A DNA stretch of 64,000 nucleotides from an uncultured virus (IMG/VR IMGVR_UViG_3300024358_000470). Taxonomy: Duplodnaviria > Heunggongvirae > Uroviricota > Caudoviricetes. Numbering within the stretch: the stretch's first letter is position 1; every line of letters begins with the position of its first letter. The notes beneath the pieces were generated by a model. The model ran no database searches. It was not told where the DNA came from and worked only from the letters and a program-made list of their open reading frames with translations. Made by a program: the position numbers and the translations under genes. The stretch lies in IMG/VR virus record IMGVR_UViG_3300024358_000470, one strand, 5' to 3'. Below are positions 1-10,338 of this stretch, piece by piece.

Positions 1-2
1 AT

Positions 3-827
3 CTCCTTCTAGCAGGACCTCCTGGTATTGGTAAAACCACCATCGCAAAAGCATTATGTAATGAATTGGGGGCAGACTATTATGTCATCAACGGATCCGA
101 CGAAGGGCGTTTCCTGGATACTGTACGGAACCAAGCGAAAAACTTCGCTTCGACCGTCTCACTTACGGGATCTTCTAAACACAAAGTCATCATCATTGAC
201 GAAGCTGACAACACGGGCAACGATGTTCAACTCCTACTACGGGCGAATATTGAGGCATTTTATAACAACTGTCGATTCATCTTCACCTGTAACTACAAGA
301 ACAAGATTATCGAACCTCTTCACTCCCGATGTGCCGTCATCGACTTCACCATCAAAGGGAAGCAAAGAGTTCAACTTGCGGGAAGTTTCTTTCAACGACT
401 TCAATCAATCTTGGATTCTGAAAGGATTGAGTATGATGAAAAAGTCGTTGCAGAATTGGTTACAAAACACTTCCCAGATTTTCGTAGGGTCCTCAACGAA
501 TGCCAGAGGTATTCTACAGGAGGAAAAATTGACTCGGGCATTCTTGCATCTTTCTCAGACATCTCTGTAAATGAACTTATTAAAAACCTCAAAGATAAAA
601 ACTTTCCTGAAGTCAGAAAGTGGGTGGTCTCCAACCTGGACAACGATGCTTCTAGTCTTCTTCGCAGGGTTTATGACGCCGCTTACGATTGCCTTGTTCC
701 CGCATCTATCCCTGCTGCCGTTCTTGTTATTGCTAAGTATCAATACCAATGTGCGTTCGTTGCTGACCAGGAAATAAATCTTCTTGCTGCCCTTACTGAA
801 ATTATGGTGGAGTGTGAATTCAAATGA
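3..827 (+). CDS. gp44: Sliding clamp loader large subunit (T4 gp44-like), 5'-truncated by window
   Basis: Frame open from position 3: LLLAGPPGIGKT Walker A, IIIDEAD Walker B, SRC motif; T4-like synteny. Confidence 0.95.
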   Translation, partial: LLLAGPPGIGKTTIAKALCNELGADYYVINGSDEGRFLDTVRNQAKNFASTVSLTGSSKHKVIIIDEADNTGNDVQLLLRANIEAFYNNCRFIFTCNYKNKIIEPLHSRCAVIDFTIKGKQRVQLAGSFFQRLQSILDSERIEYDEKVVAELVTKHFPDFRRVLNECQRYSTGGKIDSGILASFSDISVNELIKNLKDKNFPEVRKWVVSNLDNDASSLLRRVYDAAYDCLVPASIPAAVLVIAKYQYQCAFVADQEINLLAALTEIMVECEFK

Positions 828-1117
828 TTAATGTAAAACTGTTTCGTATTTTAACTGGCGAAGAAATCATCGCAGAAGTTATTTCTGAAGATGATAGCTT
901 TGTAACCGTAAAGAATGGTCTAGTAGTTCTTCCTACAGGACAAAGCGTTGGATTTGCTCCTTGGGCTACAGTTATTGATAAAGATAATCCTGAACTTATT
1001 GTTTCTAGGAATCATATTGTCTATATTGCAGAAGTTGATTCTGGAGTTAAGAAAAAATATAATGAGATTTATGGAAGTAAACTCATTACTCCAGACGAGA
1101 AAAAATTGGTGTTGTGA
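824..1117 (+). CDS. Hypothetical protein (T4-like cyanophage type, possibly Sm-like)
   Basis: 97-aa ORF overlapping gp44 stop; KLFRILTGEEIIAEV start. Confidence 0.75.
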   Translation: MINVKLFRILTGEEIIAEVISEDDSFVTVKNGLVVLPTGQSVGFAPWATVIDKDNPELIVSRNHIVYIAEVDSGVKKKYNEIYGSKLITPDEKKLVL

Positions 1118-1119
1118 AA

Positions 1120-1284
1120 ATGGAAAATAAGCAACATCAAGTAAAATCTAAATGGTATTACATCTTTTGGGGTGCTATGGCAGTTGCTGTAGTTGGGGGT
1201 CAAATTTATGTTGGATCTGGATATCGTGAGATGGCAGAAGCAACTAAAACAACTCAAATATCTGTGAGGTGTATTGTAGAATGA
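1120..1284 (+). CDS. Small membrane protein
   Basis: 54-aa ORF read manually (MENKQHQVKSKWYYIFWGAMAVAVVGG...), one hydrophobic segment, ATGA overlap with dam. Confidence 0.6.
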   Translation: MENKQHQVKSKWYYIFWGAMAVAVVGGQIYVGSGYREMAEATKTTQISVRCIVE

Positions 1285-2132
1285 AATCTCTTAAAACACC
1301 TCTAAGATATCCTGGTGGTAAATCCCGCGCATGTGAAAAGATGGGACCATACTTTCCAGACCTTCGTGATTATCGTGAGTTCCGTGAACCATTTCTTGGT
1401 GGTGGAAGTGTTGCGATTTATATCACAAAGAAGTATCCTAACCTAGATATTTGGGTGAATGATTTATATGAACCTCTTGTAAACTTCTGGCAACAACTCC
1501 AGATGTTTGGGGTGGATATTAAAGATAAACTTGTAGATCTTAAGACGACAAATAATACTCCGGTCCTGGCAAAAGAACTTTTTCTTAAAGCAAAGGAGCA
1601 AGTAAATGACAAGGATTTGCCAAGCATTGATCGTGCTGTGGCTTTCTATGTTGTCAATAAGTGTAGTTTCAGTGGTCTCACGGAGAGTTCATCATTTTCA
1701 CCACAGGCATCCAACAACAACTTCAGTTTGCGTGGGATTGAAAAACTGCCTGAGTATTCTAAGATAATTAAGCATTGGCGTATAACTAACTATTCATACG
1801 ATTATCTTTTGGATGGAGACACTACTGCTTTTGTGTATCTCGATCCTCCTTATGATATTAAGGATAATCTCTATGGGCGTAAGGGATCAATGCACAAAGG
1901 ATTCGATCATGATAAGTTTGCTGCTGATTGTGATTTTCGTGTTAATATGCATCAATTGATTAGTTATAACTCAGACCAACTCGTAAAAGACCGATTTAAA
2001 GATTGGAACGCTGCCGAGTTTGATTTGACTTATACGATGCGTTCTGTTGGTGAATATATGCGAGAGCAAAAAGATAGAAAAGAATTGCTGCTATTTAATT
2101 ATGGAACTCAAAGATTGGCTCAACTCAATTAA
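1281..2132 (+). CDS. dam: DNA adenine methyltransferase (D12/Dam class)
   Basis: LRYPGGK, EPFLGGGS and YLDPPY motifs; ATG at 1281. Confidence 0.92.
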   Translation: MKSLKTPLRYPGGKSRACEKMGPYFPDLRDYREFREPFLGGGSVAIYITKKYPNLDIWVNDLYEPLVNFWQQLQMFGVDIKDKLVDLKTTNNTPVLAKELFLKAKEQVNDKDLPSIDRAVAFYVVNKCSFSGLTESSSFSPQASNNNFSLRGIEKLPEYSKIIKHWRITNYSYDYLLDGDTTAFVYLDPPYDIKDNLYGRKGSMHKGFDHDKFAADCDFRVNMHQLISYNSDQLVKDRFKDWNAAEFDLTYTMRSVGEYMREQKDRKELLLFNYGTQRLAQLN

Positions 2133-2469
2133 TTTTACAAAAGAAGATTTATCCGAAGATATTAGTTCATATCCACCTTTTATTATTAATAGGTGTTTAT
2201 CTGGTCACATTGATTGTGTTCTTTTTTCTAATGAAATGAATATGCATCATCATCTTTCCAAGGATATGCAATATTCGTTTTATCTAAATAGTTTGAGGAA
2301 AAAGAAGAGATTTTCTCCCTGGCTCCGAAAGGATAAGGTTACAGACTTAGAATGTGTTAAACAATACTATGGTTATAGTAATGAAAAAGCATCTCAAGCA
2401 CTGAAAATCCTGACAAAAGAACAACTAACTTTCATCAAAAAACGACTTGATATTGGAGGAAAAAAATGA
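2101..2469 (+). CDS. gp62: Clamp loader small subunit (T4 gp62-like)
   Basis: MELKDWLNSIN...YPPFIINR...KRFSPW; upstream of regA. Confidence 0.88.
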   Translation: MELKDWLNSINFTKEDLSEDISSYPPFIINRCLSGHIDCVLFSNEMNMHHHLSKDMQYSFYLNSLRKKKRFSPWLRKDKVTDLECVKQYYGYSNEKASQALKILTKEQLTFIKKRLDIGGKK

Positions 2470-2903
2470 CTACTACGGTAGAACCTACTGTTGAATGGTC
2501 TCAGGACCAAATGGTAGAAGTAATTCTTAATGAACCTGACGACTTCCTTAAAGTTCGTGAAACCCTGACCCGTATCGGAGTTGCTTCACGTAAGGAGAAA
2601 AAACTCTATCAGTCTTGCCATATTTTACATAAGCAAGGTAGGTATTATATTGTTCACTTTAAAGAATTATTTGCTCTTGATGGTAAACATGCCAATCTTA
2701 CTGTTAATGATGTGCAGAGAAGAAATAGAATCGTCCGTCTTCTTGCTGATTGGGGTCTAATTACAGTTATTAAACCAGATTCTGTAAATGATATTGCTCC
2801 CCTGAATCAAATCAAAGTCCTTGCTTATAAGGATAAGGGAGATTGGATTTTAGAACAGAAGTATAATATTGGTAAGAAAGGAAAAGCAGTAGAAACCGAA
2901 TAA
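2466..2903 (+). CDS. regA: Translational repressor RegA
   Basis: DDFLKVRETLTRIG...LYQSCHILHKQGRYYIVHFKELF. Confidence 0.95.
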   Translation: MTTTVEPTVEWSQDQMVEVILNEPDDFLKVRETLTRIGVASRKEKKLYQSCHILHKQGRYYIVHFKELFALDGKHANLTVNDVQRRNRIVRLLADWGLITVIKPDSVNDIAPLNQIKVLAYKDKGDWILEQKYNIGKKGKAVETE

Positions 2904-2987
2904 ATAGTAGTGTGCCATTCGTGCGGCACTCTACAAAAGTCGGAACACCCTAAAAAGAGGTTCGGTTTTGCCGATACCTCTTTTTTT
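2901..2987 (+). ncRNA. Putative late small RNA / structured element with intrinsic terminator
   Basis: TAAATA at 2901; hairpin GTAG-T-GTGCC/GGCAC-T-CTAC (2907-2934); terminator AGAGGT-TCGG..CCGA-T-ACCTCT plus T-run. Confidence 0.5.
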
Positions 2988-3001
2988 CGTTTCTTGTATT
3001 T

Positions 3002-3009
3002 TATAAATA
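3002..3009 (+). promoter_or_regulatory. T4-type late promoter
   Basis: TATAAATA 20 nt upstream of ATG 3030. Confidence 0.8.
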
Positions 3010-3029
3010 CCTAAAAAGTATTATTAAAA

Positions 3030-3578
3030 ATGGACGCGCAAGAATTTCGTAGTCTTCAAGAAGCATATATGGAAGTTGTTGAGGGTGCCTCAGGAGATGT
3101 TGCTGATAGAGCAGCAAAACTTGAAAGGCAAAAAAAGGGACAAACTCCCGAAAGACAGGAGATGTATAGGAAACTTAAAAATAAAGCACGATCAAGAGAA
3201 GAAGAACCAGAAACTATAAAACGACATCAATCTCTTGGACATAAGGGGGGAGGTACTTTTGGTGCTGGTGGGCATATGAGAACTGGAATGACTCAATCGG
3301 ATAGAGACAGAAACAGAGAAGCAGCAGCAACAAGATCTAGACGACTTTCTCCTTATGATCCAAAATATAAAAAACATACAGAAGGTTCTGGAACAGTAAC
3401 CAAAAATCCTAAGAAACTTCGTAAGCAACAAGCGATGGGTGAGATTGGAGAAAACTTTGACCTTTACGATATTATCCTCTCACACTTACTTGATGAAGGA
3501 TATGCTGAAACACCAGAAGCAGCAGAAGCAATTATGGTGAATATGAGCGAAGAGTGGAGAGAGAGTATTATTGGTTGA
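3030..3578 (+). CDS. Late modular protein (DEGYA-motif family), probable virion-internal protein
   Basis: Shares LLDEGYAET..A.AIM.NMSEEWR and TKNPKKLRKQ.AMGE modules with 10982..12187. Confidence 0.7.
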   Translation: MDAQEFRSLQEAYMEVVEGASGDVADRAAKLERQKKGQTPERQEMYRKLKNKARSREEEPETIKRHQSLGHKGGGTFGAGGHMRTGMTQSDRDRNREAAATRSRRLSPYDPKYKKHTEGSGTVTKNPKKLRKQQAMGEIGENFDLYDIILSHLLDEGYAETPEAAEAIMVNMSEEWRESIIG

Positions 3579-3644
3579 TAAATATTAGTGCTTGTTTGTG
3601 GTTATTCAAGCAAAGGATTGGGGGCAGAAATGCTCCTTTTCTTT
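3579..3644 (+). ncRNA. Putative antisense small RNA or anti-RBS leader of GIY-YIG gene
   Basis: TAAATA, hairpin TGCTTG/CAAGCA, terminator GGGGCA-GAAA-TGCTCC-TTTT; 3592-3605 is complementary to 3656-3669. Confidence 0.55.
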
Positions 3645-3652
3645 TATAAATA
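3645..3652 (+). promoter_or_regulatory. T4-type late promoter
   Basis: TATAAATA upstream of GIY-YIG ATG 3675. Confidence 0.8.
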
Positions 3653-3674
3653 ACTATAACCACAAACAAAGCAG

Positions 3675-4082
3675 ATGGAAAGGTATTACGTTTACGCTTA
3701 TTTGCGTGAAGATAGATATTCTCCTTACTACATTGGGAAAGGTTCTGGATTTAGAGACACAAATAAAAGAAAGTTAGGATTAGCTCAACGACCTCCTGAT
3801 AGAGATAGAATAGTAAGAATAAAAGAAAACTTAACAGAACAAGAAGCATTATCTTTGGAAATAGCACTCATAAAGTTTTGGGGTAAAAAAGATAGTGGTG
3901 GTGTATTGGTTAATAAAACCGATGGTGGTGAAGGTACTTCTGGATCAAAAAGAGATAAAGCGTCAAGACAGAAAACCGGTATGTCTATGAAGGGGAAACC
4001 TGCTTGGAACAAAGGTATGAAGTTTCCTCCTGGAACATTTGGAAGACCAGTTAAGAATAATGTAGTAGAAACCACACTTTAA
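3675..4082 (+). CDS. Free-standing GIY-YIG homing endonuclease with NUMOD3-like motif
   Basis: YVYAY...PYYIGKG...R, EALSLE, LVNKTDGGEG, C-terminal KGKPAWNKG. Confidence 0.85.
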   Translation: MERYYVYAYLREDRYSPYYIGKGSGFRDTNKRKLGLAQRPPDRDRIVRIKENLTEQEALSLEIALIKFWGKKDSGGVLVNKTDGGEGTSGSKRDKASRQKTGMSMKGKPAWNKGMKFPPGTFGRPVKNNVVETTL

Positions 4083-4166
4083 AAATAATAAAAACTGTTA
4101 TAAATTATTAATGATCGCCTTATTGGGATCACAAAATCAAACCTCGCTTTCAAAGGAGCTACTATA

Positions 4167-4601
4167 ATGACTAACCTCATGCGATATACCGCGTCGGATC
4201 TTCCTGCCCTATTGGAAAGGATTAACCGCAATAGTATTGGAATGGATGAATATTTTGATCGTCTATTTAATCTTCATGAAACAACTTCTAATTACCCCCC
4301 ATATAACCTTGTTCAAGTTAGTAATGTAGAATCACGACTCGAACTTGCACTTGCCGGATTTAAGAAGGAGGAAGTACATGTATACACGGAGTATGGAAAA
4401 CTTTTTGTCGAAGGACAGAAGGAAGATAGGGAGTCCGATACCAACTACATCCATAAGGGATTGGCTCAACGATCTTTCAAGAGAGCATGGACATTATCAG
4501 ATGATACAACCATTAAAGAAGTTCTATTCGAGGATGGATTGCTAACCGTTGTTCTTGGTAAGATTGTTCCTGAGCACCATGCACGAAAGGATTATCTCTA
4601 A
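4167..4601 (+). CDS. hsp20: Small heat shock protein Hsp20
   Basis: NYPPYNL, LALAGF, HKGLAQRSF, FEDGLL; AGGAG RBS. Confidence 0.95.
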   Translation: MTNLMRYTASDLPALLERINRNSIGMDEYFDRLFNLHETTSNYPPYNLVQVSNVESRLELALAGFKKEEVHVYTEYGKLFVEGQKEDRESDTNYIHKGLAQRSFKRAWTLSDDTTIKEVLFEDGLLTVVLGKIVPEHHARKDYL

Positions 4602-4615
4602 ATAAAAATAAAAAA

Positions 4616-4777
4616 ATGAAATCTTTTGACGAGTTCAAAACAATTGCATATAAGGGAGCAATCCCACATACTGTTTATTCTCAAGGAAAACAAAAGCAAG
4701 TTCCAAAAGGAAAAGCAGTTCCTGTAAGAAGTCGTTCAAGTGCTGGTGGTAATGGAGATGGTGACGGTGGGGAATAA
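4616..4777 (+). CDS. Small late protein with CTS-like N-terminus
   Basis: 53-aa ORF MKSFDEFKTIAYKG... read manually, after TAAATA at 4599. Confidence 0.55.
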   Translation: MKSFDEFKTIAYKGAIPHTVYSQGKQKQVPKGKAVPVRSRSSAGGNGDGDGGE

Positions 4778-4800
4778 ATAGTATTGAATATCGTCGGCGC

Positions 4801-4853
4801 GAGGAGCACCTGGCAAAATCCAGGTTGACTCCTCCTTTTTTTGTTGCTACAAT
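4801..4853 (+). terminator. Intrinsic terminator overlapping a sigma70-type promoter
   Basis: GAGGAG-C-ACCTGG..CCAGGT-TGA-CTCCTC plus T-run; TTGACT(4825)-17 nt-TACAAT(4848). Confidence 0.7.
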
Positions 4854-4874
4854 AGTAAGAGGTATGGAGTAAAA

Positions 4875-5270
4875 ATGACTGTAAGACTAATGTTGCTTAA
4901 GTCTGGTGAAGACTTGATTGCAGATGTAAAAGAAATGGTAGTTGGTGACGAAGAAAATCCAGTTATGGTTGGATATTTCTTGAATAAACCATGCGTTGTT
5001 AAAATGACACCCCCATCAAATGTTCCAGAAAAGTTTGATGAAGAGGAAATGAAAGAAGACCCTTCAAAAGCTTCTTTTAGAGTTACCTTATTCCCGTGGA
5101 TGCCACTATCTAAAGATAGTGTTATTCCTTTAACAAAGGAATGGGTGGTCACTATGGTCAATCCAAGTGATAAACTGAAAGATATGTATTTAAACGATGT
5201 TATAAACTATGGAAACGATAACCAAAGTAATAGTTCTACTGAACAATCAAATTCTGATAAGTCAGATTGA
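4875..5270 (+). CDS. Hypothetical protein (T4-like cyanophage type)
   Basis: LMLLKSGEDLIADV start; GGAG RBS; upstream of gp43. Confidence 0.75.
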   Translation: MTVRLMLLKSGEDLIADVKEMVVGDEENPVMVGYFLNKPCVVKMTPPSNVPEKFDEEEMKEDPSKASFRVTLFPWMPLSKDSVIPLTKEWVVTMVNPSDKLKDMYLNDVINYGNDNQSNSSTEQSNSDKSD

Positions 5271-5475
5271 AGAAGTAGGCGCTGATATTGGAGAACCTGA
5301 TTGTAAACTTATCAAACCTTTCTTAATAAGAGATGGTTCTCAGAAAGTTTTAGAACCTTTTTTGATGGGATATACAAAACAAGATTCGTTTATGATGAGT
5401 TCGGATAAGATTCTAACACTTGTTGATCCAACTCCAACTCTACTTGAAAAATATGAGGACTTGATTAAAGAATGA
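5209..5475 (+). CDS. Hypothetical protein (T4-like cyanophage type)
   Basis: EVGADIGEPDCKLIKPF; overlaps gp43 start. Confidence 0.75.
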   Translation: METITKVIVLLNNQILISQIEEVGADIGEPDCKLIKPFLIRDGSQKVLEPFLMGYTKQDSFMMSSDKILTLVDPTPTLLEKYEDLIKE

Positions 5476-7967
5476 GATTTTACACTAATGTTCAATTGAT
5501 TGGAAATCAGTTTTTGGTTCGTGGAGTAGAAAATGGTAAAAGATTTGAGACAAGAGATGAGTTCTTTCCAACTCTCTTTGTAAAAACTAAAAAAGATTCT
5601 AAGTATAGAACATTAAGTGGAGAATCGGTAGAACCAATTAATCCTGGAACAGTAAAGGACTGTCGAGAGTTCTATAAAAAATATGATGAAGTTGATGGAT
5701 TTGAGATCTATGGAAATGATCGATATATCTATCAATACATCTCTGAAAAATATTCGGAGGATGAAATTAAGTTTGATATCAATAAAATTAAACTTGTAAC
5801 TCTGGACATTGAGGTTGCTTCGGAGCAGGGATTCCCTGATGTAGAATCTTGTTCCGAAGAAATCCTTGCAATTACAATTCAAGATTATACAACTAAAAAA
5901 ATTATTACTTGGGGGGTTCGACCTTTCAAGCATAATCGTAGTGACTTAACGTATCATCACTGCCCATCTGAATATGAACTTCTCAATAATTTTATTAATT
6001 ATTGGATGATTGATGTTCCAGATGTTGTGACTGGTTGGAATATTCAATTATATGATATTCCTTATATCTGCAAGCGTCTGAATCGTGTTCTTGGCGAAAA
6101 ACTGATGAAACGTTTTTCTAATTGGGGACTTGTCACAGAAGGTGAAGTGTTTATTAATGGACGCAAACACACCACATTTGATGTGGGTGGAATGACTCAA
6201 CTTGACTATCTTGATCTTTATAAGAAGTTTACTTATAAGGCACAGGAATCATATCGTCTTGATTATATTGCTGAGGTAGAACTTGGTCAGAAGAAACTTG
6301 ACCACTCTGAGTTTGATACCTTCAAAGATTTCTATACCCAAGGTTGGCAGAAATTTATTGAGTACAACATCGTTGACGTAGAACTTGTTGACCGTTTAGA
6401 AGATAAGATGAAACTGATTGAGTTGGCACTTACGATGGCATATGATGCCAAAGTAAATTATGCCGATGTGTTCTATCAAGTTCGGATGTGGGACAACATC
6501 ATCTACAATTATCTTAAGAAAAGAAACATTGTAATTCCGCCAAGAAATAAAACGCAAAAAAATGAAAAGTATGCTGGTGCTTATGTAAAAGAACCAATTC
6601 CTGGAAAGTATGATTGGGTTGTAAACTTTGACCTTAATTCACTTTATCCACACTTGATTATGCAATATAACATCTCACCAGAAACTCTGGTGGATGAAAG
6701 GCATCCCACAGCAACTGTTGATAAAATTCTGAATCAAGAAATCAGTTTTGAACTCTATAAAGATTATGCAGTATGTGCAAATGGTGCAATGTTCCGCAAA
6801 GACGTTCGTGGATTTCTTCCTGAACTAATGGAAAAAATGTATCAAGACCGAGTAATCTTCAAGAAGAAAATGATTGAAGCGAAAAAAGAATATGAGAAGA
6901 CTAAGAACAAGGAACTTGTAAAAGAGATTGCTCGTTGTAATAATATTCAGATGGCAAAGAAGATTTCTTTGAACTCTGCTTATGGTGCGATTGGTAATCA
7001 GTATTTCCGTTATTACAAACTTGAAAATGCTGAAGCAATTACTTTAAGTGGTCAGGTTTCTATTCGTTGGATTGAAGGTAAAATGAATTCTTACCTCAAT
7101 AAAATTCTTAAAACAGATAATGTAGATTATGTTATTGCTTCAGATACTGATTCCATTTATCTTAATATGGGTCCTTTGGTTGAAACTGTATTCAAAGGAA
7201 GAGAGAAAACTACTGAAAGCGTTGTTTCGTTCCTTGATAAGGTCGCTTCGTTGGAACTTGAAAAATATATTGAAAGTTCTTACCAAGAACTGGCGGACTA
7301 TGTAAATGCATATGATCAAAAAATGCAAATGAAGCGGGAGAACATTGCAGACCGTGGAATTTGGACCGCTAAGAAACGATACATTCTTAACGTTTGGGAT
7401 AGTGAGGGTGTTCGCTATGAAGAACCTAAACTGAAAATGATGGGTATTGAAGCTGTTAAATCTTCTACTCCAGCTCCTTGTCGCAAAATGATTAAGGATG
7501 CATTAAAACTTATGATGAGTGGAACAGAAGATGAAGTAATTGATTTTATTGAGAATGCTCGCAAAGAATTTAAAAACCTCCCACCAGAGCAAATTTCATT
7601 CCCTCGCTCTGCCTCTGATGTAGTTAAGTATCAGTCTTCGTCTCAAATTTATATCAAGGGAACTCCAATTCATATTCGTGGAGCACTTCTCTTTAATCAT
7701 TACATTAAACAAAATAAACTTACAAATAAGTATTCACTTATCCAAAATGGGGAAAAAATTAAGTTTATCTATCTGAAGAAACCTAATAGTATTCATGAAA
7801 ATATTATTTCTTTCATTCAGGAATTTCCAAAGGAACTTAATCTTGACAAATACATAGACTATGAACTACAATTTGAGAAAGCATTTCTAGAGCCACTCAA
7901 AATCATTCTTGATGCAATTGGGTGGAGCGTTGAAAAAACAGTAAACCTTGAATTATTTTTTGCCTAA
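5472..7967 (+). CDS. gp43: Family B DNA polymerase (T4 gp43-like)
   Basis: DIE exonuclease motif, [26 protein letters not shown]. Confidence 0.98.
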   Translation: MRFYTNVQLIGNQFLVRGVENGKRFETRDEFFPTLFVKTKKDSKYRTLSGESVEPINPGTVKDCREFYKKYDEVDGFEIYGNDRYIYQYISEKYSEDEIKFDINKIKLVTLDIEVASEQGFPDVESCSEEILAITIQDYTTKKIITWGVRPFKHNRSDLTYHHCPSEYELLNNFINYWMIDVPDVVTGWNIQLYDIPYICKRLNRVLGEKLMKRFSNWGLVTEGEVFINGRKHTTFDVGGMTQLDYLDLYKKFTYKAQESYRLDYIAEVELGQKKLDHSEFDTFKDFYTQGWQKFIEYNIVDVELVDRLEDKMKLIELALTMAYDAKVNYADVFYQVRMWDNIIYNYLKKRNIVIPPRNKTQKNEKYAGAYVKEPIPGKYDWVVNFDLNSLYPHLIMQYNISPETLVDERHPTATVDKILNQEISFELYKDYAVCANGAMFRKDVRGFLPELMEKMYQDRVIFKKKMIEAKKEYEKTKNKELVKEIARCNNIQMAKKISLNSAYGAIGNQYFRYYKLENAEAITLSGQVSIRWIEGKMNSYLNKILKTDNVDYVIASDTDSIYLNMGPLVETVFKGREKTTESVVSFLDKVASLELEKYIESSYQELADYVNAYDQKMQMKRENIADRGIWTAKKRYILNVWDSEGVRYEEPKLKMMGIEAVKSSTPAPCRKMIKDALKLMMSGTEDEVIDFIENARKEFKNLPPEQISFPRSASDVVKYQSSSQIYIKGTPIHIRGALLFNHYIKQNKLTNKYSLIQNGEKIKFIYLKKPNSIHENIISFIQEFPKELNLDKYIDYELQFEKAFLEPLKIILDAIGWSVEKTVNLELFFA

Positions 7968-8974
7968 TGGATTTTCTTAAAGACATTGTAAAAGAAATCG
8001 GTGGTGAGTACACACAACTTGCTTCGGATATTGATGAAACTGAAAAGTATGTTGACACAGGTTCGTACATTTTTAATGCACTGGTTTCAGGTAGCATATT
8101 TGGTGGTGTATCTGGCAATAAGATTACTGCTATTGCTGGAGAGTCTTCTACTGGAAAGACTTTCTTCAGTCTCGCCGTTGTTAAGAATTTTTTGGATAAT
8201 AATCCCGATGGTTATTGCCTCTACTTTGATACTGAAGCTGCTATAACTAAATCTCTTCTAGAATCCCGTGGAATTGATACTTCTCGTCTTGTGGTTGTTA
8301 ATGTTGTCACTGTTGAAGAGTTTCGTGGAACGGCACTCAAAGCAGTAGATATGTACATGAAAAAACCTGAAGGAGAGCGCAATCCTTGCATGTTTGTGCT
8401 AGACTCTTTGGGAATGCTTTCTACCAGCAAAGAGATTAATGATGCATTGAATGATAAAGAAGTTCGTGATATGACTAAATCACAACTAATCAAAGGTGCA
8501 TTTCGTATGCTTACCTTAAAACTAGGTCAAGCAAAAATTCCAATGATAGTAACAAATCACACTTATGATGTTATCGGAGCTTACGTACCAACTAAAGAAA
8601 TGGGTGGAGGCAGCGGACTCAAATACGCAGCGTCTTCAATCATTTATCTCAGCAAAAAGAAAGAAAAGGATGGAACAGAAGTGGTCGGCAATATTATCAA
8701 AGCTAAGACTGCTAAGTCGCGTTTGAGTAAGGAGAACAAAGATGTTGAAGTCCGTCTGTATTATGATGAGCGCGGTCTTGATCGTTACTATGGTCTTTTG
8801 GAACTTGGTGAGATTGGTGGACTCTGGAAGAATGTAGCGGGTCGCTATGAGATTGATGGTAAGAAAATTTATGCTAAACAGATTCTAAAAGAACCTGAAG
8901 TATATTTCACCGAAGAAGTAATGCAACAGTTGGACGAAATCGCACGCAAGGAATTCAGTTATGGAGAAAGTTGA
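7967..8974 (+). CDS. uvsX: RecA-like recombinase UvsX
   Basis: [24 protein letters not shown]. Confidence 0.95.
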   Translation: MDFLKDIVKEIGGEYTQLASDIDETEKYVDTGSYIFNALVSGSIFGGVSGNKITAIAGESSTGKTFFSLAVVKNFLDNNPDGYCLYFDTEAAITKSLLESRGIDTSRLVVVNVVTVEEFRGTALKAVDMYMKKPEGERNPCMFVLDSLGMLSTSKEINDALNDKEVRDMTKSQLIKGAFRMLTLKLGQAKIPMIVTNHTYDVIGAYVPTKEMGGGSGLKYAASSIIYLSKKKEKDGTEVVGNIIKAKTAKSRLSKENKDVEVRLYYDERGLDRYYGLLELGEIGGLWKNVAGRYEIDGKKIYAKQILKEPEVYFTEEVMQQLDEIARKEFSYGES

Positions 8975-10337
8975 GTTTCTAATTCTTAGAAACCTTTTAC
9001 ACAATGAGCAGTTTATTAGAAAAGTAATACCTTTCATTAAATCAGAATATTTTGAAGATAGTAATCAAAAGATTGTATTTGAAGAAATTCTTTCTTTTGT
9101 TCAAGAATATAATCAACCAGCAACAAAAGAAGTTCTATGTATTGAAGTAGAAAAAAGAACAGATATAAATGAGCAATCTTTTAAGGAAATTGCACAAATC
9201 ATTTCCTGTCTTGAAGATGTTCCTACAGAGTTTAATTGGTTAGTTGACACAACTGAAAAGTGGTGTCGGGATCGTGCCATTTATTTGGCACTTATGGAAT
9301 CTATTCATATTGCTGATGGAAATGATGAAAAGAAGAATCGTGATAGTATTCCTTCTATTCTTTCTGATGCTCTTGCTGTAAGTTTTGATAATCATGTAGG
9401 GCACGATTATCTTCAGGATTATGAACAACGCTACGAATCTTATCATAAAAAGGAGGATAAAATTGAATTTGATCTTGAATACTTTAATAAAATCACGAAA
9501 GGTGGTCTCCCTAACAAAACTCTTAACATCGCTCTTGCTGGTACGGGCGTCGGCAAGTCTCTATTCATGTGCCATGTGGCTAGCTCCGTCTTGCTCCAAG
9601 GGAGGAACGTTCTGTACATTACGTTGGAAATGGCAGAAGAACGCATTGCTGAAAGAATTGACGCAAACCTCCTGAATGTCCCTATTCAAGATATTGTAGA
9701 CCTCCCCAAGCAAATGTTTGAGAACAAGGTCACGAATCTTGCAAAGAAAACTCAAGGAACTCTAATCATTAAAGAGTATCCAACTGCTTCTGCACATGCT
9801 GGGCACTTCAAGTCTCTCTTAAATGAACTTGCACTTAAGAAATCATTTAAACCAGATATTATTTTCATTGACTATCTGAACATTTGTTCATCTTCAAGGT
9901 ATAAGGGCAATAGTAATATCAACTCTTATACCTTTGTAAAGGCAATTGCAGAAGAACTTCGTGGTCTTGCTGTAGAGTTTAATGTTCCTATTGTTAGTGC
10001 TACACAGACTACTCGTTCTGGTTATGGTTCTTCTGATGTGGAACTGACCGATACTTCTGAGAGTTTTGGTCTTCCTGCAACTGCTGACTTAATGTTTGCG
10101 TTGATTTCTACCGAAGAACTTGAAGGTCTTGGACAGATTCTTGTAAAACAACTTAAGAATCGTTATAATGATCCTACCATTCATAAAAGATTTGTGATTG
10201 GTATTGACCGTGCTAAAATGCGTCTTTATGATTGCGAACAATCTGCTCAACAAGATATCCTTGACAATGGAAAGGATGAAGAGTATGATTATGAAGAAAG
10301 AAAACCTAAAAAATCATTTGAAGGATTTAAATTCTAA
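8961..10337 (+). CDS. gp41: Replicative helicase (T4 gp41-like)
   Basis: [33 protein letters not shown]. Confidence 0.97.
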   Translation: MEKVEFLILRNLLHNEQFIRKVIPFIKSEYFEDSNQKIVFEEILSFVQEYNQPATKEVLCIEVEKRTDINEQSFKEIAQIISCLEDVPTEFNWLVDTTEKWCRDRAIYLALMESIHIADGNDEKKNRDSIPSILSDALAVSFDNHVGHDYLQDYEQRYESYHKKEDKIEFDLEYFNKITKGGLPNKTLNIALAGTGVGKSLFMCHVASSVLLQGRNVLYITLEMAEERIAERIDANLLNVPIQDIVDLPKQMFENKVTNLAKKTQGTLIIKEYPTASAHAGHFKSLLNELALKKSFKPDIIFIDYLNICSSSRYKGNSNINSYTFVKAIAEELRGLAVEFNVPIVSATQTTRSGYGSSDVELTDTSESFGLPATADLMFALISTEELEGLGQILVKQLKNRYNDPTIHKRFVIGIDRAKMRLYDCEQSAQQDILDNGKDEEYDYEERKPKKSFEGFKF

Positions 10338-10338
10338 T

